This document shows, piece after piece, positions 57,270 through 64,000 of a stretch of DNA of 64,000 nt. Each line of letters begins with the position of its first letter. The stretch's first letter is position 1. The notes below the pieces were generated by a model that worked only from the letters and a program-made list of their open reading frames with translations, made no database searches and had not been told where the DNA came from. Source of the DNA: Myxococcota bacterium (GTDB taxonomy: Bacteria; Myxococcota_A; UBA9160; JAFDDA01). The position numbers were made by a program, and so were the translations under genes. The stretch lies in the NCBI GenBank assembly GCA_965228475.1, contig OZ245817.1:4416001-4480000 (forward strand), given 5' to 3'.

Positions 57270-57908
57270 TCAGTACTGGACGATCGGTGCCTTGTGGCGC
57301 CAGGTGTCGCCTTCGAGCATGCCGAGCATGGCGTGGGCGCAATCGGCGAAGTGGATCTTCGAGAAGCCGCTGAAGGCGTCGAAGCCGAGGCGGTAGCGGC
57401 CGGTTCGCGGCCCCTGCCGCATCTGGAGCGGGCGGACCCCGTACCAGGCGACGTCGCGGGCGGCCTCGAGCAGCTCGAGCTGGTGCTGCTTGTCCCGCGC
57501 CCGAAGGCCGAGGAACGTCGAAGAGAACCACACGACGAAGCGGGCGCCGAAGGTCACGGTGTCGTCGGGGACGAGCGTGCCGCCACCCCCACACCAGATG
57601 AAGCGGCCCGCGCCGTTCGAACGCAGCGCCGCCAGAACGTGCCGTGTGGCGTCGGTGCAGAGGTCTTCCGGCGAGCGTCGGTCGACGCCGAGGGCGAAGA
57701 GGACCCCGTCGGTCCCGGCGGGAATCGCCCGCGCGACGGTATCGGCATCGAGGGCGTCTCCGGTCACCACCGTCACCCGCGGCTTCGACTCCGCCGGGAG
57801 CTTCTCGGGCGAGCGCACCAGAACGGTGACTTCGTGGCCCGCTTCGATGGATTGGCGGAGGCACTCGCTCCCGAGCGCCCCCGTCGCACCGAGGATCGTG
57901 ACCTTCAC
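57270..57908 (-). CDS. NAD(P)H-binding atypical SDR (flavin reductase-like)
   Basis: KVTILGATGALG, VLVRSPEKL, VVTGDALD, IHFADCA. Confidence 0.88.
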   Translation of the reverse strand: MKVTILGATGALGSECLRQSIEAGHEVTVLVRSPEKLPAESKPRVTVVTGDALDADTVARAIPAGTDGVLFALGVDRRSPEDLCTDATRHVLAALRSNGAGRFIWCGGGGTLVPDDTVTFGARFVVWFSSTFLGLRARDKQHQLELLEAARDVAWYGVRPLQMRQGPRTGRYRLGFDAFSGFSKIHFADCAHAMLGMLEGDTWRHKAPIVQY

Positions 57909-58423
57909 CCGAGGAGCGCCTCGTAGGAAGTGGCGATGAGCGCCTCGGCATCCACGCCGAGCTCTTTCATCAGCCAGGCGACCTTGCGCTCCTCGTCGGG
58001 GACCGAGGCCGGGCTCCCGTCGAAGACCGCTTCGAGCTCCATGAAGGTCCCGAGCGTCTCGACTTCGTCGAGGTGGATGCGGACGTTCTCGAAGAGCCAG
58101 ATCTCGCGGCGCTTCGCGACGATCCGGTGGACGCCGAGCATCTCGCCGAGCAGCGCCTTCAGGCCCGCGGGGTCCGGGACGGGAATCACCTGGTAGTCCG
58201 CGCGGCGCGGCCCGTCTTCGTCCGGGCGCTGGTACGGGATGAGCTGGGCGCCCGAGAGGCTCGATTCGCGCAGCTTCAAGCGGCCCGAGGGGACGCGGAA
58301 GTAGGTATCGACCTGATCGTCCACGCCGACGGTCTCGGTGGCGAGCCTGGCGGCTCTTTCGCGAAACGCCGCGGCGTCGGCGACGGGCGCCTTGATCTCG
58401 AGGTTCGCGCTCACGCCGCGCAC
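57905..58423 (-). CDS. CYTH / class IV adenylate cyclase family protein
   Basis: NLEIKA, QVDTYF, GRLKLRE, RIHLDEVETLGTFMELE. Confidence 0.9.
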   Translation of the reverse strand: MRGVSANLEIKAPVADAAAFRERAARLATETVGVDDQVDTYFRVPSGRLKLRESSLSGAQLIPYQRPDEDGPRRADYQVIPVPDPAGLKALLGEMLGVHRIVAKRREIWLFENVRIHLDEVETLGTFMELEAVFDGSPASVPDEERKVAWLMKELGVDAEALIATSYEALLG

Positions 58424-58440
58424 CGTAGCGAAGCACCGCC

Positions 58441-60093
58441 GTGATAGGCTGCCGAGCCGTGCCCCGGTCGTGCATCGCCCTCGCCCTCCTCTGCTCGATC
58501 CTCGCGGCTCGCGCCGCGGCCGAACCCGATCCGCGTTGGAACGTGCTGCTGCTCGTCGCGGAGGATCTCGGCCCCCGGATCGGCGCCTACGGCGATGCGC
58601 TGGCGCACACCCCGACGATCGACCGCCTGGCCGAGCGCGGAACGCGCTTCAGCCGCGCCTTCACGACGTCCGGAGTCTGCGCACCGAGCCGCGCGGCGAT
58701 CGTGATGGGCGTGCATCAGAACCACTTCGGTGCGGGCCACATGCGCGCTGCCGCCGGGGGCTACGTCGCCGCCCCGCCCGGGGAGTGGAAGGCTTTTCCG
58801 GAACTACTGCGCGCCGCCGGATACCACGTCGTGAACAACGGCAAGACCGACTACCAGATGAGCACGCGGCTCGGTGGCGTCTACGGGGGCCCGGAGAGCA
58901 TCTGGGACGACGAGAACACCGAAGACTGGCGCGAGCGGCGCGACGGCCAGCCCTTCTTCGCCTATCTCACCTACCTCGGCACCCACGAGAGCCAGGTGTG
59001 GCCGACCTGGGACTTCACGAGCCTCCCGAAGCTCCTGATGGGCTTCCTGCGCGTTCCGAACCACCTGCGCTGGCCGCGCGAGACGGACCCGGCGCGCGTC
59101 GCCGTGCCGCCCTACTACCCGGACACGCCGACCGTCCGTGCGGACCTCGCCCGCCACTACAACAACGTCGCCGGTCTCGACGCTTGGGTGGCGGACGTGC
59201 TGCGCAAGCTCCGCGACGACGGCCTCGCCGACCGGACGGTCGTGATCTTCACCAGCGACCACGGCGACGGCCTGCCGCGCGCGAAACGCTGGCTCTACGA
59301 CTCGGGGATCCACGTTCCGTTGATCGTGGTCTGGCCCGGCGTCACCTCGGCCGGCTCGGTGAACGCCGAGCTCGTGAGCGGCGTCGACCTCGCACCGACG
59401 ATCCTCTCGGCCGCGGGGCTCCCGATTCCCGAGCACATGGAGGGCCGCGTCTTCCTCGGACCGGAGGCGGCGCCCGAGCCCCCCTACGTCTTCGCGGCGC
59501 GCGACCGCATCGACGAGAGCCCGGACCGCGTCCGCGCCGTGCGGGACCGCCGCTTCAAGTACGTGCGGCACCTCCTGCCCGACCAGCCCTACGTCCTCCC
59601 CTCGGACTTCCGGAACCAGATGCCGATGATGCGGGAGCTCCTCGCCCTCGATGAAGCGGGAGCCCTCGAGGGCGCCCCGGCCCTCTGGCTGCGCGATCGG
59701 CGCGATGCGGAGGAGCTCTTCGACACCGAGGCCGACCCCCACGAGATCCGGAACCTGGCCGGTGATCCGGCCTACGCCGCAACCCTCGACCGGCTGCGCA
59801 CCGCGCTCGACGCGTGGCTCGCCTCGGGGCGTGACCTGGGACTCCTCCCGGAAGCCGAGATCGCCGAGCGCTTCTGGCCGGGAGGGGAACAGCCCGAGAC
59901 GCCGCCGCCGCGTTTCGAGCGCCGCGGAGACGGCTGGCACCTGTCGAGTGCGACCGAAGGCGCATCCCTGCTGTGGCGGACGAAGTCGGAGAAACGCTGG
60001 ACGCCCTACGTCGCCCCCGTCGCGGCCGAGGCCATCGAGGCGCGTGCCGTGCGCTACGGCTGGGCGGCGAGCCGCGTGGTCTCGGCGCCCTAG
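58441..60093 (+). CDS. Secreted sulfatase (FGly, Cys-type)
   Basis: NVLLLVAEDL, VCAPSRAAIVMG (CxPxR), FTSDHG, LYDSGIHVPLIV. Start approximate. Confidence 0.93.
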   Translation: MIGCRAVPRSCIALALLCSILAARAAAEPDPRWNVLLLVAEDLGPRIGAYGDALAHTPTIDRLAERGTRFSRAFTTSGVCAPSRAAIVMGVHQNHFGAGHMRAAAGGYVAAPPGEWKAFPELLRAAGYHVVNNGKTDYQMSTRLGGVYGGPESIWDDENTEDWRERRDGQPFFAYLTYLGTHESQVWPTWDFTSLPKLLMGFLRVPNHLRWPRETDPARVAVPPYYPDTPTVRADLARHYNNVAGLDAWVADVLRKLRDDGLADRTVVIFTSDHGDGLPRAKRWLYDSGIHVPLIVVWPGVTSAGSVNAELVSGVDLAPTILSAAGLPIPEHMEGRVFLGPEAAPEPPYVFAARDRIDESPDRVRAVRDRRFKYVRHLLPDQPYVLPSDFRNQMPMMRELLALDEAGALEGAPALWLRDRRDAEELFDTEADPHEIRNLAGDPAYAATLDRLRTALDAWLASGRDLGLLPEAEIAERFWPGGEQPETPPPRFERRGDGWHLSSATEGASLLWRTKSEKRWTPYVAPVAAEAIEARAVRYGWAASRVVSAP

Positions 60094-60695
60094 GCGCCCT
60101 GGACCTCCGGCTGGTGCACCAGATCCACCAGCCGCTCGATGCGGCGGTCGCCGTCGATGCCGAGGCCGATGAAGTGGATGCCAGCGGCCGCGGCGGCTTC
60201 GCGGTCGAAGCGAGAGTCGCCGACCATCCAGGCGTCCGCCGTCGCGACGCCGAGCTTTTCGCAGGCGAGGAGCAGCATGTCGGGCTCGGGCTTCTCGGCG
60301 GCGTCGCTCGCGCCGATGATCAGATCGGGCTCGAGCCCCGCGCCGCGGATCGTCTCGCGGGCGAGCGCACTCGCCGTGTTGGTCACGACGGCGTGGGCGA
60401 TCCCGCGGGTCGCGAGCGCATTGAAGACGGGGGTCGCCTCCGGGCTCACGAGCACGTGCCGGGCATGGTCGAGGAAGTGCGCGTCGAAGTAGGCCTCGAG
60501 CTCCGCCGGCGGCATGCCCCCGAAGAACTGCTCCGCATCCGCTTCGACGCCCTGGCCGAACGAGGCATCGTAGACGTCGCGCGGGAGGGGCGGATGGCCG
60601 AACTCCCGCGCCGCCGCGCACAGGACGTGGTACCAGGCGTCCCGGCTGTCGATCAGCACGCCGTCGAGATCGAAGAGAACTGCCGCGAGAGCCAT
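60090..60695 (-). CDS. HAD family hydrolase
   Basis: LFDLDGVLIDS, VVTN, KPEPD, MVGDSRFD. Confidence 0.92.
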   Translation of the reverse strand: MALAAVLFDLDGVLIDSRDAWYHVLCAAAREFGHPPLPRDVYDASFGQGVEADAEQFFGGMPPAELEAYFDAHFLDHARHVLVSPEATPVFNALATRGIAHAVVTNTASALARETIRGAGLEPDLIIGASDAAEKPEPDMLLLACEKLGVATADAWMVGDSRFDREAAAAAGIHFIGLGIDGDRRIERLVDLVHQPEVQGA

Positions 60696-60741
60696 CGCAT
60701 AGATATAGAATGGGCCGCCCACGTGGGCCAGGGGGGTACGC

Positions 60742-62139
60742 TTGTCCGATCGACCGAGTCCGGTGTCCGCAGTGCCCGAAGACGCCCGGCTGAGCTTCGC
60801 CCGCAAGACGGCGTACGGCTTCGGCGACTTCACGATCAACACCGTGCTCGCCTCGCTCTCGTTGGTCTACACGCTCTTCTTCCTCACGGAGTACGCGGAG
60901 CTCCGTCCGGCGCTGGCGGGGCTCGTCCCGCTGATCGGGCGCGTCGTCGACGCCTTCACCGACCCGCTCATGGGCCGCATCTCCGACCAGACGCGCTGGA
61001 AGGCCGGCCGCCGCCGCCCCTACTTCCTGCTCGGCTTCCTCCCCTTCGGCGTGTCCTTCGCCATGCTCTGGGCGCCGGCCCCCTTCGAAGACCAGTTCGC
61101 GCGCTTCCTCCACTACACCGGCTGGTACGTCCTGCTCTCGCTCTCGATGACGATGCTCGCCGTACCGTACCTCTCGCTCATCCCGGAGATGGCGCGGAGC
61201 TACGACGCCCGCACCTCCCTGAACGTCTTCCGCTCGATCGGTTCCATCTTCGGCACCTTCGCGGCCATCGCCGTGCGGCCCGTGGCGGAGGCGCTCGGCG
61301 GGGGTTCGCTCTCGGTCGAAGCCTTCACCTGGCTCGGCGTCGTGTACGGCGTGATGGTCGCCCTGCCCTGGCTCGTCGTCTGGTACGGAACCTGGGAGCG
61401 CCCCGACTACCAGCAGCGCGACGCGTCCCTCTCCTTCCGCGAGGGGCTCCAGGCGCTCGTCCGGCACAAGAGCTACATGCAGCTCGTCGGGCTCTACCTG
61501 ATGAGCCGCATCGCGATGGATCTGATCGGCGTGGTGCTGATCCTCTACTACACCCACGTGATCGGACGCAGCGGCGACTTCGAGATCACGATGGGCCTGT
61601 TCATCGTCGCGACCATGGTGGCGACGCCGGTCTGGTTCAAGGTCTCCCAGCGCATGGACAAAGCGACGGCCTTCCAGATCGGCGCGACCTGGTGGGCCCT
61701 CGGCACCCTCGGCTTCTGGTTCGCGACGCCGGAATGGCCGCGTTGGGTCCTGCTCGCCCTCGCCCCGGTGATCGGCTTCGGCTACGCAGCGGCGGATCTC
61801 ATGCCCTGGTCGATGGTCGCCGACGTCGTCGACGAGGACGATCTCGAGAACGGCGAGCGCCGCGAAGGGCTCTACAACGGCTTCTTCACGTTCCTGCGCA
61901 AGCTCGGCGGCGCCTCGGCGGCCTTCATCGCAGGTCTCGTGCTCGATCTCGCCGGCCTGCCGGCGGGGCGCGACGCCGTGGCCCCGGAATCCGCGCTCAC
62001 CGCCATCCGCCTGCTCGCCTCGGTCGGAACCGCCGCGCTGATCTTCGCCGGCGTGTGGATGGCGAGCGGCTACCCGCTGACGCGGGAGCGTCACGGGGAG
62101 ATCCTCGACGAGCTCGAAAGGCGAAACGCGAAGATCTGA
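60742..62139 (+). CDS. MFS transporter, GPH/MelB family
   Basis: RVVDAFTDPLMGRISDQTRWKAGRRRPY; GERREGLY. Confidence 0.92.
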   Translation: MSDRPSPVSAVPEDARLSFARKTAYGFGDFTINTVLASLSLVYTLFFLTEYAELRPALAGLVPLIGRVVDAFTDPLMGRISDQTRWKAGRRRPYFLLGFLPFGVSFAMLWAPAPFEDQFARFLHYTGWYVLLSLSMTMLAVPYLSLIPEMARSYDARTSLNVFRSIGSIFGTFAAIAVRPVAEALGGGSLSVEAFTWLGVVYGVMVALPWLVVWYGTWERPDYQQRDASLSFREGLQALVRHKSYMQLVGLYLMSRIAMDLIGVVLILYYTHVIGRSGDFEITMGLFIVATMVATPVWFKVSQRMDKATAFQIGATWWALGTLGFWFATPEWPRWVLLALAPVIGFGYAAADLMPWSMVADVVDEDDLENGERREGLYNGFFTFLRKLGGASAAFIAGLVLDLAGLPAGRDAVAPESALTAIRLLASVGTAALIFAGVWMASGYPLTRERHGEILDELERRNAKI

Positions 62140-62169
62140 CCGCGGCGAAGGCCTAGCCGCCGCGAAGAG

Positions 62170-63792
62170 CTAGCTCTCGACCGGAAGCACCTCGAGGGTC
62201 CGGCTGCCGCGAACGACGCGGAAGCGCGCGAAGGTGTACGCCTCGGCGTTCTCGTCGAAGGTGTCGATGCCGCGGAACTCGCAGATCGTCTCCTCGGGCG
62301 TCACTTCGACGACGGCGTAGCCCTGCTCGACCATGTCCACGCCCTTCATGTAGGGGTCGTTGTTCAGCTTGAACAGGTCCTCGGCGATGCGAAGCGTCTC
62401 CTCGGGCGCGATCGTGCGCGGGTCCGGATCCGCGGTGAGCGAGCCGGTGACGAAGTCGACCGCGGCGGTCGGCGAGGCCGGATCGTCGAAGTCGGGCATC
62501 AGCTCGCAGGCGAGATAGAAGTGGGTGTGCCCGCTCGTGAAGACCACGTTCTCGACGCCGAGCGAGAGGAAGGCTTCCAGCAGCTCGCGGCGCTCGGCCT
62601 GGTAGTCGTCCCAGGCCTCGTTCGAGACGTAGGCGCCGGCGTTGCGGTGGGGCTGGGGATCCTCGCGGTTCGGGTCGTTGTCGGCATCGAGTACGCGCCA
62701 GGGATTCATGTTGTACGGATTCCCGACCAGCTGCCAGGCGGCGTCCGAAGCCGCCATCTCGGAGAGCAGCCAGGCCTTCTGCTCCGCACCGAGGGTCGTG
62801 CGGCCGGGCGCGAACATGTCCTCGACTCCGGGCAGCGTCGAGACCTGGGCGTCGAGGCCGAAGAGCACGCCGAGCTGGTTCGGCAGGACCTCGGGGTCCC
62901 GGAACATGCGCACGTCGATCATGTTGACGTCCGCGAGCCGGCCCCACTGGAAGCGGCGATGGGCGTGGTCGTTCGCGGGCTGGATCATCGGCATGTTCTC
63001 GAACCAGGCCCTGCGGCCCGCCGCAAGCCGCACGGGGTCGCCGGTCGAATCGACGCCGTTGTAGAACTCTCCGTCGTCCCACATGGCCACGAGCGGCACC
63101 TTCGCGTGCATCTCCTGCAGCAGCGGGTTGCTCTTGAAGAGCGCCCAGCGGTCGCGGTAGTCGTCGAGGGAGACCGTGGCGAAGTCGTTCACGTAGATGT
63201 AGTCGCCGAGATGCATCATGAAATCGACGTCGTCGTTCGCGATGGCCCGGTGCGCGACGTAGAAGCTCTCCGTCCGCTGCTGGCAGCTCGCGAAGGCGTA
63301 GCGCATGCGGTCGGGCTCGCTGTCGGGCAGGGGCGCCGTGCGGAGGCGCCCGACCGGGGAGGCCATGTCCCCGGCGAAGAAGCCGTAGTAGTACCAGCGG
63401 TCGGGCGCGAGGCCCGTCACCGCGTGGTGCACCGAGAACGCCTTGTGGGGGCCGGTGGTCGTGACCCCGCCGGTCACGATCCGCTGGAGCGCCTCGTCCT
63501 CGGCTACGACCCACAGGACGTTGTTCCCGTCGTAGACGGGCGGCGGGACCGCGCGCGTCCAGATGACCGCGCCGTCCGGCGCAGGGTCGCCGCTCGCGAC
63601 CCCCTCGCGAAAGATCGTCTCGAAGGTGCGGCAGCCGGACAGTCCACCCGTGAATGCGGGAGCGAGGCCGATGCCGATCCCGAGGGCGCCGAGCTGGCGG
63701 AGGAAATCCCGCCGCGAGACGCCGCCGCGCGCGACGGCGGTCTGGACGTCGAGGTAGCGGTCGATCCAACGGACTCGGGGACGGTCGCTCAT
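62170..63792 (-). CDS. phoD: Alkaline phosphatase D family, Tat-exported lipoprotein
   Basis: SRRDFL Tat motif and LSGC lipobox; GVASGDP, IWTR, FASCQ, HLGDYIY, WDDGE, WDDYQAER. Confidence 0.9.
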   Translation of the reverse strand: MSDRPRVRWIDRYLDVQTAVARGGVSRRDFLRQLGALGIGIGLAPAFTGGLSGCRTFETIFREGVASGDPAPDGAVIWTRAVPPPVYDGNNVLWVVAEDEALQRIVTGGVTTTGPHKAFSVHHAVTGLAPDRWYYYGFFAGDMASPVGRLRTAPLPDSEPDRMRYAFASCQQRTESFYVAHRAIANDDVDFMMHLGDYIYVNDFATVSLDDYRDRWALFKSNPLLQEMHAKVPLVAMWDDGEFYNGVDSTGDPVRLAAGRRAWFENMPMIQPANDHAHRRFQWGRLADVNMIDVRMFRDPEVLPNQLGVLFGLDAQVSTLPGVEDMFAPGRTTLGAEQKAWLLSEMAASDAAWQLVGNPYNMNPWRVLDADNDPNREDPQPHRNAGAYVSNEAWDDYQAERRELLEAFLSLGVENVVFTSGHTHFYLACELMPDFDDPASPTAAVDFVTGSLTADPDPRTIAPEETLRIAEDLFKLNNDPYMKGVDMVEQGYAVVEVTPEETICEFRGIDTFDENAEAYTFARFRVVRGSRTLEVLPVES

Positions 63793-63917
63793 GAAGACTC
63801 CTCGGAAGGAGTCACTCTACCACCGCGGCCGCCGAGGGCGTGCGACGGTCGAGATGATGATTTACTGAACTGAACCTCATGAGCGGCAGGAGATGCGCAT
63901 CGCGCCAGCGTGAAAGG

Positions 63918-64000
63918 CTAGATCAGTTCCGCACCGCGCAGCGTGTCGTCGATCAGGCGCTCGACGGCCGGGTCCAGCAGGAACGTCATGTGCGAACCGT
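63918..64000 (-). CDS. 3' end of a gene entering from beyond the window (possibly an alpha/beta hydrolase)
   Basis: The minus frame reads ...GSHMTFLLDPAVERLIDDTLRGAELI-stop. Confidence 0.45.
   Translation of the reverse strand, partial: GSHMTFLLDPAVERLIDDTLRGAELI

Overview
A very GC-rich, gene-dense chromosomal window with about 65 CDSs. I found no rRNA, tRNA, CRISPR array, transposase or prophage. PEP-CTERM proteins, a sigma-54 promoter class and lipoprotein/Lgt genes point to a diderm (Gram-negative) host; Myxococcota/deltaproteobacteria-like is my inference. The main theme is an actinobacterial-type steroid (cholesterol) side-chain degradation set spread over four loci: FdxD/FadE26/FadE27-like, FadE29-like, ChsH2-FadE28-ChsH1-Ltp2-FadA5-SDR-like, and DUF35-DUF35-Ltp4-Ltp3-KstR-like. 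Two KstR-like repressors are present, and six copies of the mycobacterial KstR operator TnnAACnnGTTnnA lie in the matching promoters. Other notable items: (1) a UGSC selenoprotein split by the ORF track at an in-frame UGA, followed by a SECIS-like hairpin; (2) a large secreted BPI/LBP-like protein between two paralogous TetR genes with shared operators; (3) two promoter classes for PEP-CTERM genes, one sigma-54 plus a shared palindromic enhancer and one ECF-like; (4) a Cys-tailed surface protein next to a divergent Lgt; (5) a SigX/CrfX/CmpX-like plus MscL envelope-stress block; (6) a cupredoxin-GGDEF/EAL-DUF3034-lipoglobin operon; (7) a REP-like repeat family. Family names come from motif recognition by eye, not from database searches. 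Start codons were adjusted by hand using RBS position.
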